Positions 38,009 to 48,206 of a DNA stretch of 64,000 nt are shown piece by piece. Numbering within the stretch: position 1 is the first letter of the stretch; each line of letters starts with the position of its first letter. Made by a program: the position numbers and the translations under genes. Under the pieces are notes generated by a model, which saw only the letters and a program-made list of their open reading frames with translations, ran no database searches and was not told the DNA's origin. Origin of the DNA: an uncultured virus (IMG/VR IMGVR_UViG_3300037508_001402) (Duplodnaviria > Heunggongvirae > Uroviricota > Caudoviricetes). The DNA is taken from the IMG/VR virus record IMGVR_UViG_3300037508_001402. The stretch is one strand, 5' to 3'.

Positions 38009-38488
38009 TCATTTGTTCACTTGTTCACTGTCATTCAAAACAAACTGGACGAAAGCCCGCCCCAATACGTTGAAAGCCTCTTCGGTGTGGCTTGTGTTGG
38101 GCTTGGGCATCAGTTCATTTTTCTTGGCGTAGGTCTTTTCCATCTTCAGGAATACCCTGATGACGTACTCCAGCCATCCGTCCACCGTGATCCCAGCCAC
38201 CACACAGCGCATGCTGCGAACATGCCGCATCACTCTTTCCATGTCCTCATGAGACACATCAGCGATCAGCGGTTTGCCTTGGGGGCCTCTGGCAACGTCA
38301 CGTCCGTCAATACGCTCGATGGTATAGACAGAGGGGAGGATGCCTTTGCAGCCGTGGGGGATGGGTTGATTGTCGTTTGCCAGGAGCCCACCGGCATAGT
38401 AAGAGCGCACTAGGCTGATCAGTTGTGGGCGATCAACCTGTTCCCAGAGAGTGGGTGGTGTGCGGGGATTCTTAGACTTTTGTGCCAT
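38009..38488 (-). CDS. Hypothetical protein at the start of the late operon
   Basis: ORF ends 1 nt before the TerS start. Confidence 0.6.
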   Translation of the reverse strand: MAQKSKNPRTPPTLWEQVDRPQLISLVRSYYAGGLLANDNQPIPHGCKGILPSVYTIERIDGRDVARGPQGKPLIADVSHEDMERVMRHVRSMRCVVAGITVDGWLEYVIRVFLKMEKTYAKKNELMPKPNTSHTEEAFNVLGRAFVQFVLNDSEQVNK

Positions 38489-38610
38489 ACTAACATCTAC
38501 TCTACCCCTTGACTTCGCGCACTCAAAGAATCCCCGCGATTATTTGAGGGAGCAGTTAAACGATTTACACCCTTTTCTTTAACTGTCAGTTAAAACAGAA
38601 AATAGACACA

Positions 38611-38643
38611 AAAAAAGGCCCTTAGAAGTTAATCCAAGGGCCT
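38611..38643 (-). terminator. Intrinsic terminator
   Basis: AGGCCCTT/AAGGGCCT stem with an A-tract on + (U-tract on -). Confidence 0.7.
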
Positions 38644-38647
38644 GGGT

Positions 38648-39349
38648 TTAGGCGGTCTTTCTCACGGGATGCCACAGCACCGCTTCACCCAACTGCTCTG
38701 CAAGATGGTGGGCATAGGCGGTCAGGTATGGCCTATCGTCTTTCTCGAACAGTTCAGCGATGGCAGAGGCAGACTTGAACCCCAACAGATGGGCGATCTC
38801 TGTCTTGGCATTGTAGGGGTAGCCTGTGAGCCGCTGGAACTCTGACCTGCACACATAGAGCTTTTGGCCCTTGAAGGGCTTGCACTCAGGCAGGGCAGCG
38901 GTGATCGTGGGCTCTGAGAGGATAAAGGAATCATCCCCAAAGGCTTTGGCACAGCGATCCGCATGACTCCAAAGTGTCGTGTTTTTGGTGTGGTAAAGCG
39001 GGGCGATGTGTGACAGACTGGCAAAGCCCAATGAGCGGGCAAGGTCTGACGGGCTCAGGTTCAGCGTGTGAGCGTGGGCATAAAAGGCCTGCTGGAATTT
39101 GGGGATGCTGATCAAGCGCTTGCTTGGTTTGTCAGGGGTGGCCTTAGTGATGCGGTAGAGGGTTTCCCACATATTCTTTTTCACCAGGGTGATCAGGTAT
39201 CTCTTGCCCTGGAACTCGAATGGCACAGGCTCATTGACAGGGGTGAACGAAGCAGGAATCCGAAGCGTGTCAGGATTGTATTCCGTGCCTGAGTTGTGCC
39301 AGACCGTGAACATGCTGAGGGTGATTTCTTGGAGTTTGGCGGGGGTCAT
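38648..39349 (-). CDS. Putative DNA-binding protein with two HTH-like repeats
   Basis: DLARSLGFAS and EIAHLLGFKS. Confidence 0.55.
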   Translation of the reverse strand: MTPAKLQEITLSMFTVWHNSGTEYNPDTLRIPASFTPVNEPVPFEFQGKRYLITLVKKNMWETLYRITKATPDKPSKRLISIPKFQQAFYAHAHTLNLSPSDLARSLGFASLSHIAPLYHTKNTTLWSHADRCAKAFGDDSFILSEPTITAALPECKPFKGQKLYVCRSEFQRLTGYPYNAKTEIAHLLGFKSASAIAELFEKDDRPYLTAYAHHLAEQLGEAVLWHPVRKTA

Positions 39350-39954
39350 TTTGCGGCCTTTCGCTTTTGTTGATATTGCCTGCACTTGGCTCGTTGATCT
39401 TGCATGTATTCAGTCTGCACTCCAGACAGATCCATCCTCACCAAGCACTTTTCTTTCATCTCTTTGATCAGCTGCCTGATGTGGGCTTCGTCTATGTACC
39501 ACCGATCCCCATGCCTGACGCCACGGATAAATCCAGCAAGCAAAAGACGGGTAACATGCGTCTCTGAATAGCCAAGCAGTTTGATGGCCTGAGTTTTGGT
39601 GAGGGTATAGGTCTTGGGGATGGGTTTGTACTTTTGGCAAAGGGAATCAAAATCTGCCAGGGTTATAAAGACGCACTTGCCAGAGGATTGCAAGGGCTTT
39701 ATTCTGCCCTTTTTAATCTCGCGATAAATGACGTTGACGCTAAACCCGCCCAATTTTGCAGCCTCTTGAACGGTCAGGCAGCCATCGGCTTTGTCATACT
39801 CCAGCCCATGCCTTTTGGCTTGTAGAGATACGGCGACCTTGCTCCTTTTATTGCCGTCAATCTTGGATATTTTGGCCGCCAATTTCTCACAGGTCAAAAG
39901 CCCATAATTGCTCTTGAGGCAGGTTAGTTCTTGCTCGGTCCAGGGAGGGCTCAT
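39346..39954 (-). CDS. Myb-like plus excisionase-type HTH protein
   Basis: WTEQELTCLKSNYG, LTVQEAAKLGG and LTKTQAIKLLG..GDRWYI. Confidence 0.7.
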   Translation of the reverse strand: MSPPWTEQELTCLKSNYGLLTCEKLAAKISKIDGNKRSKVAVSLQAKRHGLEYDKADGCLTVQEAAKLGGFSVNVIYREIKKGRIKPLQSSGKCVFITLADFDSLCQKYKPIPKTYTLTKTQAIKLLGYSETHVTRLLLAGFIRGVRHGDRWYIDEAHIRQLIKEMKEKCLVRMDLSGVQTEYMQDQRAKCRQYQQKRKAAK

Positions 39955-41549
39955 GCTGTCACCTTGTATTGAGATAGATCAAACATGGCCATCTGCTCAC
40001 CAGGCTTAACCATGCCAGGCTCCCACTCCTGCAATGAGGGGCCAATGTCTTTTGTTGCTCCAACATTGGCGCGAACAATGGCAGCTCCAGCCAATGGGCT
40101 CACGCTATTGCCACACATACGTACTTGGGCAGCTTTGGAAAGCGGCTTCCCCTTGTATTCGATCTCAGTGACATACGAAAGGGGGAATCCTTGAGCCGTG
40201 AACAGTTCGCGCGGTGAAAGCATCCGAAGCCCAATGTCTGCGATCTGGTAATCCTGCCCAGCCACAGTTACCAAGCCAAAACGGTGTTTGGTGGTGATGG
40301 TGTGCAGGGGATCCGTCAAGACTGGATCTTGGTCAGAACCATAATATTTGATCAAAAAAGCTCGAACTTCTGCCAAGTGCAGCCCGCCGGCGGTGATCGT
40401 TGGTGCTGGGGTTCGCATGTCTTGAGCGGTTTGGTGGTGAGTAACCGTTGAGCCCCGCAGCTTTACTAAATGAGAAGTCACCAAGCTGTGATGGTCAACG
40501 GTAGTGACTGTCCCAATTGGTGCGGGCAATTCCTGCCCAGTTACGCCACCATAATGTTTTGCCAAAAAGGCGGATACCAAAGCATATTTACCACCACCGG
40601 CCATGATTGTTCCTGTGGGTTGATGCAGATCCACAGGGGCGCGCTCTCGACCGTCGCGATCAGCATGGCCCAATTCAGCCAGAACGGGCGCAATCAAGCA
40701 ATGCTCTGCTTTTGTCGTAATTGTGCTGAGAGGCTCCTCGATGTCACGCACTTTCCCAGCGTCACCATGCCCAGTATGGCCAATTCTGACGATAAAAGGA
40801 TCCGCGCTCTCCAGCACATACCGTTTGATCCCCCGCGCAATTCGGCGCAGCGTGTTTTCTGCCAGCGGTTTTTTTCTGCCAAAAATAGACCGACAGGGGA
40901 TTGACCAATCAATGCACTCAGCCGCTGTACGGTATGGGTTTTGAGTGCCAGGGCCATGCGTAGGTTTAGGCCAAACGATTGGCAGCCCATCACGACGCGC
41001 CACAATAAACAGACGTTTGCGGGTGGTTGGGGCTCCAAAGTCGCAGGCCCGAAGCTCTTTATATTCAACGCGATAACCCAAGGATTTCAGCTCCCCAACC
41101 CAGCGGCGAAAGGTAAGGCCTTTTTGAACTGGGCAGGGCTTGTTGTCTGGACCAAGCGGCCCCCAAGACTGGAACTCCTCGACATTTTCAACGATAATAA
41201 TGCGAGGCTGAACATCACGCGCCCAGCGAATCACAACCCACGCCAGGCCCCGAATAGTTTTGTCTACAGGCTTGCCGCCTTTGGCCTTTGAGAAGTGCTT
41301 GCAATCTGGACTGAACCAAGCCAGACCAACAGGGCGACCAGCGCAGGCTTTGCGCGGGCTCACATCCCAAACGCTCTCGCAGAAATGGCGGGTGTGGGGA
41401 TGGTTTGCTGTGTGCATCGCAATCGCTTCGGGATCGTGATTGATGGCAATATCCGGGCCACGGCCCAGGGCCAACTCAATGCCAAGCGAAGCACCACCGC
41501 CGCCGGCAAAGCTGTCCACGATAATCTCACCAGGGTATAACTGAATCAT
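39951..41549 (-). CDS. DNA cytosine-C5 methyltransferase
   Basis: DSFAGGGG, SPDCKHFS, ENVEEF, RKRLF and GNSV; long repeat-containing variable region. Confidence 0.95.
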   Translation of the reverse strand: MIQLYPGEIIVDSFAGGGGASLGIELALGRGPDIAINHDPEAIAMHTANHPHTRHFCESVWDVSPRKACAGRPVGLAWFSPDCKHFSKAKGGKPVDKTIRGLAWVVIRWARDVQPRIIIVENVEEFQSWGPLGPDNKPCPVQKGLTFRRWVGELKSLGYRVEYKELRACDFGAPTTRKRLFIVARRDGLPIVWPKPTHGPGTQNPYRTAAECIDWSIPCRSIFGRKKPLAENTLRRIARGIKRYVLESADPFIVRIGHTGHGDAGKVRDIEEPLSTITTKAEHCLIAPVLAELGHADRDGRERAPVDLHQPTGTIMAGGGKYALVSAFLAKHYGGVTGQELPAPIGTVTTVDHHSLVTSHLVKLRGSTVTHHQTAQDMRTPAPTITAGGLHLAEVRAFLIKYYGSDQDPVLTDPLHTITTKHRFGLVTVAGQDYQIADIGLRMLSPRELFTAQGFPLSYVTEIEYKGKPLSKAAQVRMCGNSVSPLAGAAIVRANVGATKDIGPSLQEWEPGMVKPGEQMAMFDLSQYKVTA

Positions 41550-41785
41550 TTCTTTAACTCCTCCTCAATTCTCTGCCTGAGATCGTGGGCCTCTTGCCCA
41601 AGGATGTTGATGATGTTTTGGTTCGTGCTGAGTTCGGGATCATATCCACCCAATGAGCGCAGGTATTCATTCATTGCCTCCACATTGCGCACGGGGGCGG
41701 GGAGCCCTGGAGTGTTTAGGTATGGGCGATCTGTGAGGTCGTACCACTGATCAAGCAGGGCCTGTGTTTCGGTTGTGATTCTCAT
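41546..41785 (-). CDS. Hypothetical protein
   Basis: MRITTET start coupled to the upstream stop. Confidence 0.5.
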   Translation of the reverse strand: MRITTETQALLDQWYDLTDRPYLNTPGLPAPVRNVEAMNEYLRSLGGYDPELSTNQNIINILGQEAHDLRQRIEEELKK

Positions 41786-42288
41786 ACAGCCCCCTGCCAG
41801 TGGTTTGCCCGGTAGTTCATAAAGCTGTGGTAATTCACGCCAATTGCAGCGGCCACTTCTGTGAGCTTTTTGCCCTCTGCTCTCAGGGCCTCGATCCGCT
41901 CTCTGTTCTGCTCGATCAGGGCAGCAATACTCAGGGTGTGGACTTTCCTTGTGTACAGGCCGATCTGCGTCAGGTACTTGCGAGCCAGCCACGGGTTGAT
42001 CTCTTGCCCGCTGCGCTTTGCCACCCATGCGGCGATGTACTCCATGGAGCGATGGGGAAGCATTTCTTTAACCTGCTCCAGGTGAGCCTCAATGGCAGCG
42101 CCTACGATTGAGAGCTTGGTGACTCTCACGACACGGGCCTTGGTCTTGGGGGTGGGCTCATCAAAGGCAAAGGCAGCTTTACGGGCAGCGGTGAACCTTT
42201 CGGCCTTTCCTTCTGCCAGTTGGCAGGCTTGGGCCATGGCTGCGCGGGCAAGATCGAACAGGGACAGGTTATTTGGGATGGTGGTCAT
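41782..42288 (-). CDS. HTH-containing protein
   Basis: C-terminal LRAEGKKLTEVAAAIGVNY. Confidence 0.6.
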   Translation of the reverse strand: MTTIPNNLSLFDLARAAMAQACQLAEGKAERFTAARKAAFAFDEPTPKTKARVVRVTKLSIVGAAIEAHLEQVKEMLPHRSMEYIAAWVAKRSGQEINPWLARKYLTQIGLYTRKVHTLSIAALIEQNRERIEALRAEGKKLTEVAAAIGVNYHSFMNYRANHWQGAV

Positions 42289-43826
42289 GCTGTGAACCTT
42301 TCTTCAAAATATTTCTTTCTCAGGGCTTGGCGCTCTTTGGCGCTCATGTTGAATTGGGGTGTGTCCCAAAACACGGCATCAGAAGAGAACACCACACGGA
42401 TCTTCTCTTTGGTGTCTATAGCCACGGTCAAGATGTTGCCCTTGTGCCGGGTAACAATCCCGTAGTGAGGGTCGGGTATTTGATAGCAGAAAATGCTATC
42501 CCCAATCCCAATCTCTTCGACTGAGGCGATCCTGATATTGCGCAGGTATGCCTCTTTGCGGGCTGTGATCTCGCTGTTGACGTAGGCCTGAATGATCCCC
42601 TTGAGGGCCTGCTTGGCTTCACCGTTGGACAGCTCTGCCCAGATGATACGGCCCGCAAGCCATTCAGCTTCGATCAGGTTGGTGGTTTTAGACATTCCAA
42701 CTGAGCCTCAGCAAATCATTGAACTCTGTCACAATCTCACGGGCACGGCGGCCATAGCTGCGCTCCATACCCTGGAGCATGGTCAAGCTGTTCTCTTCAA
42801 GCCATGCAGGGCTGAATGAGTTGAAGATCGACATGGGGTTAAACAGAGAGTCCAGCCCAGTCAGGTCTTGAAACTCGATATCAAGCCCTGCCATTTGGCC
42901 AGACAACTGCTCAAACTTTTCGGTGTTCAAAACTTAAGCCCTCCCATTTTGGCTAAATTCTCAATGTGGGTGCGTGTCTGCCAGATCTCCCACAGCATGA
43001 ACTGAGGGATGTTTTGCACCCCTGCCAGCCGGGGGCGCTGAGCGAGTAATCTGTGGGTCTGGAGGATGCACTGATAAATTAAAGCGATGAGGATCAGAAT
43101 CAAGAGCAGGTTCATCAAAAATACATTCACGGGGTTTACCTCAATTTAAAGAGATTTCGATAACATAGGGACGCTCGACAGGGATCGGTGCCAGGGGCAG
43201 GGGTTGAAGCCGTGGGGCTTGCTTCTCTGCTTCAGGGGCGGCGGGGGCCTTGGATGTGCTGAAATAGAGTCCCAGCATCACGCCAAAATACAGGCCAATA
43301 AAGGCGATGATGATCATGTATGCGGTATCAGACATTGATGTCCACCTCCAGCATTGCCTGAATTTCTGCTAACATCTCTTCGATTTCAGCGAGGGTGATG
43401 TCTGTTTCGTAGAACAGGGCTTTGATTTCAGACATGGGCCACCTCCAGCTCGCGGGCCTTGAGCAGGTCTTTGACAAAATACTCGACATCCATCTTGGCG
43501 TAATCGAGAAAGCCGTTATGGCACACGAGCTTTTCGTCAGAGTCAGAGTCTTGATCGTAGGCGTGAAGCACCACACCTTTGTACACGTCATGGCCTTTAT
43601 GGGTCACAGGGTACACACGGCCCATTTTCTGGCCCTGGTATGTCATGGTGTGGCTTTCGTCTGCCTCTTCAGTCCAGGTGAAGCCGTTGTGGGCCTCGTG
43701 CGCTTTTACCAGGGGCTCAGTTTCGTCGATAATGCTCAGGATGTCGCCAAACAGCTCAGGTGAGCATTTGGAAAGCAGCATTTCTGCGTGGTGTTGGATC
43801 TTGATCACTTGCTCGATGGTCAACAT
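42285..43826 (-). other. Run of small coupled hypothetical ORFs (42285-42695, 42688-42930, 42927-43130, 43141-43335, 43428-43826), two with single TM helices
   Basis: Overlapping start/stop codons and GGAGG-type RBSs. Confidence 0.6.
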
Positions 43827-44614
43827 TAGACGGCACCCCCTGCCATAGAGGCCTCATACTCAGCTGACAAAGCGAGGTTTTGCTTGCGTTCAGCGGCCCG
43901 TTCATTGAGCTGTTTGATCAGGCTCTCAGCTTGGGGCTGGGTCAGGCGGTTCCAGGCCATGCCACGGTTCTTGAGGATGGGCTGCAAACCTTTGCCGTCA
44001 AGACCAGCGGCCTGGGCAGCCAGCATGACATCGTTCTTGAGGGCTTCTGAGGCCAGGGGAGCGGTAGGGGCCTGGGAAGCGGGGGCGGCTTGCTGCTGAA
44101 CAGGCGCGGCCTGCTGTTGCTGTTGGCGTTGCTCTTGATCGCGGAACTCATTGCGCAGGGATTGCACATAGCGGCTGTCGTCAAACTTTTTCAGGAACAC
44201 GTCAGCACTGAAGCCCAAGCGAGAGAGGCCCTTGGTCATGGCATCGGTGGATACCTTTTTATGGGACTCTTCAACACGTTTCCACTTCTTGCCGCCGGTC
44301 GCTTTGTCGTTGACCTCTTCAAAGAGTTCGATGTCTGAGGTGATGTCGAACTCACCGTAGGCAGCGCCATCTTTAAACCAAAGGATGCCAGTGTACTGGA
44401 GAAGGTTGTAATGGGCGTCGTTGGGGTCAACGGTCAAAAGGCTGAACTTGGACTCTTTGACACCCCAGCCCATGCCAAACGGGCCAAAGACTTCGGTAGC
44501 CTTCATCACTTGGTAATTGGCATCAATGGCGGTGAATTTGCGGCCCACGTTCACGTCGCGGGTGTACTTGGGGTTGGTCTTCTCGACTTGGTTCCAGATT
44601 CTCATGTTTGTCAT
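43826..44614 (-). CDS. Sak/Rad52-like ssDNA annealing protein
   Basis: TAIDA.YQ..ATEVFGPFGMGWG and KKVSTDAMTKGLSRLGFSADVF. Confidence 0.75.
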   Translation of the reverse strand: MTNMRIWNQVEKTNPKYTRDVNVGRKFTAIDANYQVMKATEVFGPFGMGWGVKESKFSLLTVDPNDAHYNLLQYTGILWFKDGAAYGEFDITSDIELFEEVNDKATGGKKWKRVEESHKKVSTDAMTKGLSRLGFSADVFLKKFDDSRYVQSLRNEFRDQEQRQQQQQAAPVQQQAAPASQAPTAPLASEALKNDVMLAAQAAGLDGKGLQPILKNRGMAWNRLTQPQAESLIKQLNERAAERKQNLALSAEYEASMAGGAV

Positions 44615-44683
44615 CGTCTTGTCTCATTTCGTGGTTATTTGGGATGCACCGGGATTGCCCGCCCGGTCGGGGGTTATTTGGGA

Positions 44684-45145
44684 CTAGATGAACCGTGCGA
44701 ACAGTTCCTCTGCGCTGGGCTCCTTTCTTGCGGGGGCTGCGGGTTGGTCAAGCTCCAGATAGTTGAGCAGGCTCCAGGTGGGCTGTGCTTGCTGAGTCAC
44801 AGGTTGACCGTAGAGGCGATCAATCGCGGCCCGGGCAATGGCGTGTTGCTCTTGAATCGAGCGGGTGATCTGAGAGGGTTGGCCGGGGGCCTTGGCTTCG
44901 ATTGTGCGGTTGGTGGCACGAAGCCAGTGAACATGTTTGCAGCAACGATCTTTGCTGATGGGGTCGATGTAGCTGCCGCCTGTGGTGCCATCTTTACGGA
45001 TGCGCTCGAAGTCAGGGCAGGTACAACTATTCCAGGTCGTGCCGTAATAGCGAATCTTGCCCATGTCGGTATTGGGGATCAGCTTGCCGGTTGCGTCGCT
45101 GTAGATTGCGGGCAGTTCTTCATTCACTGATTTGGTTGCTTTCAT
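44684..45145 (-). CDS. SWIM zinc-finger protein
   Basis: SCTCPDF...CKH. Confidence 0.8.
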   Translation of the reverse strand: MKATKSVNEELPAIYSDATGKLIPNTDMGKIRYYGTTWNSCTCPDFERIRKDGTTGGSYIDPISKDRCCKHVHWLRATNRTIEAKAPGQPSQITRSIQEQHAIARAAIDRLYGQPVTQQAQPTWSLLNYLELDQPAAPARKEPSAEELFARFI

Positions 45146-45197
45146 TTGGAAACTCCTCTTGGCTGGTTAGGCCGGTTTGTTATGCTTTATACTGTTA

Positions 45198-45226
45198 ATT
45201 ATAATTACATGCTGCACTCTTGTCAA
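45198..45226 (-). promoter_or_regulatory. Consensus sigma70 promoter of the leftward early operon
   Basis: TTGACA-17 nt-TATAAT on the minus strand. Confidence 0.85.
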
Positions 45227-45360
45227 GCACCAAATAAAAAAGATCACAAGCCGCTCTATGATTCAATTATTTTGAACTGCTTGTTAATTATGTTTGACAG
45301 TTATTTAGTAATTATGATTACATGGATATAGGTCACTGAATGAAAAGAGGAAATCGTGTA

Positions 45361-45618
45361 ATGTCGGTAGTTATGGCAATACAAAAAGTGCCTTACAAAC
45401 CTGAGACTTTAAAAAAGCTCAGGGAGGCAAAGAGTCTTAGCTATCAAGACTTAGCGAGATTGACAGGTATGACACGTCAATCGATCATGAAGTATGAGTC
45501 AAATGAAATAGTCCCTACAGAGAGGGCTCTTGTTCATCTTGGCCGTGCTTTGCACGTTCTCTTTTATGCTGATTGGGAAAATGAAAGGCCCTTCCCTGAT
45601 TCGTCAAGGAAGGGCTAA
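45361..45618 (+). CDS. XRE repressor
   Basis: LKKLREAKSLSYQDLARLTGMTRQSIMKYESNEIVP; divergent from the SWIM operon. Confidence 0.85.
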   Translation: MSVVMAIQKVPYKPETLKKLREAKSLSYQDLARLTGMTRQSIMKYESNEIVPTERALVHLGRALHVLFYADWENERPFPDSSRKG

Positions 45619-45763
45619 AGCATAACTCACCGGGGAACCACCCCCAAGAGTTATCTATATCCTATCACAGTGACCGCTCACCAGTAGTCTGGAGGGGCGG
45701 TGTACATTGACAACCAGGGGAGCCCGAAGGGGCAACAGTAGGACTCCCCGCGCCCCATTGGGG

Positions 45764-46339
45764 TTATATCAAAGACTGTGATTTTTTTATTGACTCAATC
45801 AAAGTGGTGAAATGCTGCTCATTCATGGCCACTTCATCAACGCCAAAATAAAACCTGGCATAGCCTTTTCTTGCCCTCAGTTGAAAGTCAACGCCCGAGC
45901 GAGACAGGAATGAATACCTGAAAACCTCATTGTCTGCTGGCTGGTAAGATTTGGACTTCTCAAGCATTTCAGCAAAGGCCACGATCAGACCAGGTATCTC
46001 ATCGGCATCGAGAAAGAGATCTTCCCGCGAGATAAAGTCTGCTGCTGTGGGCAAAAACTTGATTGCAGACATTTTCTCTCCTGTGCTTTTGGTGGCCGTC
46101 ACAACACTGACCAAAAATTTATCAGATGTCTCTGACTGGATTTCTTCGATCTTTTTTTCTGAGATTGAATAAACCCCTGGCACAGAAATAAATTCTTGAA
46201 ACTTGGACTTTTGCGGCTGCTCAATAAAGACCTTTTGGGGTCGCTGCGATTTTATGAACCTTTGAGCATTGCTTGGGGATGCTGCCAAGGTTTGAGTTAT
46301 GGCCAATACTGCCAGGGCCAGGGCTAGTTTTTTCATCAT
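45764..46339 (-). CDS. Exported protein (moron-like)
   Basis: Sec signal MMKKLALALAVLAITQTLA; stands alone. Confidence 0.65.
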   Translation of the reverse strand: MMKKLALALAVLAITQTLAASPSNAQRFIKSQRPQKVFIEQPQKSKFQEFISVPGVYSISEKKIEEIQSETSDKFLVSVVTATKSTGEKMSAIKFLPTAADFISREDLFLDADEIPGLIVAFAEMLEKSKSYQPADNEVFRYSFLSRSGVDFQLRARKGYARFYFGVDEVAMNEQHFTTLIESIKKSQSLI

Positions 46340-46430
46340 ATTATCACCATCAATTCAGAATTGACACGATCATAACACGGCCTGGCTCTTGGGGCTGTGA
46401 CAAATTAAGCGAGGTAAAAAAGTAGAGCTT

Positions 46431-47241
46431 ATGAAACGAATAGGCGAATATTCCAACGATCAATTGCAGGCACTTGAGCCTGGCGCTTTGATCAAAGACG
46501 AATCACGGATCGTTTTGCAGATCGAGCAAGTGCTTGAAAAAGCTGAGAATGGATACAGGCATAAACAACACTCTGTTGATATTGATTCAGATGCAACACC
46601 CGCTCAAACTCTTTTGGCTGCAAGAGTGCTGCTTAAAATGGCAAAGCAAAAGTGCTCCAAAGAGCTGTGGGATGCAGAACTGCCAAATACTTTGGAAAGC
46701 ATCACGGGGTAAGCAATGGATATCACCTGTATCAAGCCAGTCACACGCCTGTCGTTCTACGCATCCGAGGGCCACGGCCTGAGAAAGCGCGATCCTGTTG
46801 TGATTGTGCTGGGCTCTGGGAATACTCAGTGGCAACAGGCAAACAGGGTGCAAGAGGTTATTGGGGATTTGGTTTTACTGCAATATGAGATGGAGCAAAA
46901 GCCTGAACCAGGGGCAAAGGTTTGGAAGCTCGAAAGAATAAGCGAGGTAAAAAGTGGATATTAAAATCATTGCGCTCACGGTTTCTCTTGGGAGTTTGGC
47001 CCTGTCTGTCTTGGCTTATCTTTTTGGCAAAAAGGTTGAAAAAATGGCAGAGGCAGCACTGAAGCAAGCAGAGGCAGAACTTGAAGTTGCGCTTAAAGAG
47101 CAGCATGAAGCAGAGCAAAGGCTTAAGGCTCAAAAGAAAGAATATGCTGAGTTCACTCAGTTCATGGACCAATGCCAAAAGGACGGGCACACAAAGACTG
47201 AGTGCCAAATGATGTGGAGGTTTACGGCTTATGGGGGTTGA
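46431..47241 (+). other. Three small hypothetical ORFs (46431-46712, 46716-46964, 46954-47241); the last has a TM helix and coiled coil
   Basis: Closely packed; TAAGCGAGGTAAAAA precedes two of them. Confidence 0.55.
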
Positions 47242-47254
47242 TGCGAAAAATAGA

Positions 47255-47281
47255 AAAGCCCCTGGGGATTAACCAGGGGCT
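47255..47281. terminator. Hairpin between convergent genes
   Basis: AGCCCCTGG/CCAGGGGCT stem. Confidence 0.65.
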
Positions 47282-47298
47282 CAATTGCTTTGATTGCT

Positions 47299-47792
47299 TT
47301 ATTTGTAGGCCAGGGCAAAGGCTCTCTCAGACAATTCTTTGGCCTTTTTCTTCAATTCAGGTGTTGACCATGCGGTTCTTTTGATTTGGTGATACATTAC
47401 TCCAAATGTTGATCTGGCAGGGGTATCTTGCCCCTGTCCTGCTTTGCCAAACTCACCCATTTCACCAGATTCAATATCAGCCTCAATTTGTGCGAGTGTC
47501 ATAAAAATTCTCCCTATTTGTTATTTTTGGCAGTCAAAGATGCCGCATACTCATTTTCAACACCATTCAGTTCGTTGATTCTGATAATGGCATCAGAGAT
47601 CATTGCTGCGATGTCATCATAGCCACCTTCAACCAAGGCAACATAAACAGCTTCCCAGTCTTGACCGTTTGGCTCCCAGTTGGAGAGAGGGCTTTTCATT
47701 GAGCCCATCATTGTTTTGGTTTCGCTCAAGGTTGTGTTGACCAATTCGACGATATCACTCTCTTTGGTCATCGCTTGGATTTTGCTGTTCAT
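47299..47792 (-). other. Two small ORFs (47299-47502, 47514-47792)
   Basis: GGAG and GAGG RBSs; downstream of the 47824-47864 promoter. Confidence 0.55.
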
Positions 47793-47823
47793 TTTTGTTT
47801 GCCTCGTTTGATTTGATGATCTA

Positions 47824-47864
47824 ATCATACAGGTTAATTTATAAAATTGCAATACATTTATAAA
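47824..47864 (-). promoter_or_regulatory. Promoter with TTTATAAA boxes, copy 1
   Basis: TTGCAA-17-TATGAT, with the -35 flanked by two TTTATAAA palindromes. Confidence 0.7.
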
Positions 47865-48206
47865 TTAAATTTTGATTACAGGCTCAGGATCTGGGTACCC
47901 ATTTGCCAAAGAGAAGGCTTGCGCATCTTCCCAGCGAGTGAACAACTTAGGCTTTTTGCCAGGGATGTTGACCGACCACTTGCTGACCTGTTGCAAAAGC
48001 GCAGTTTCAACCGCTTGGGTCTGGCTCATCTTCCAAGCCACAGCCAGGGCCTTTTTGGCTGCCAGCGCAGCAGCAGACAGGCGCATTGATGTTGAGCCTG
48101 ATTGTTTTACCTTGGCAGACTTCGCACCCTTGGGCTTACCCCAAGGCAGGCCCTTTTCGCTTGGGTCTCTGGGCTTGCGCCCTGACTTTCCTTTTACTCC
48201 AGACAT
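47865..48206 (-). CDS. Small basic protein, possible ribbon-helix-helix
   Basis: GKSGRKP, then TSMRLS..LAVAWKMSQTQAVE. Confidence 0.55.
   Translation of the reverse strand: MSGVKGKSGRKPRDPSEKGLPWGKPKGAKSAKVKQSGSTSMRLSAAALAAKKALAVAWKMSQTQAVETALLQQVSKWSVNIPGKKPKLFTRWEDAQAFSLANGYPDPEPVIKI

Noticed and set aside
46406..46953. 15-bp repeat TAAGCGAGGTAAAAA
   Set aside because: Both copies coincide with ribosome-binding regions, so translation signals explain them.
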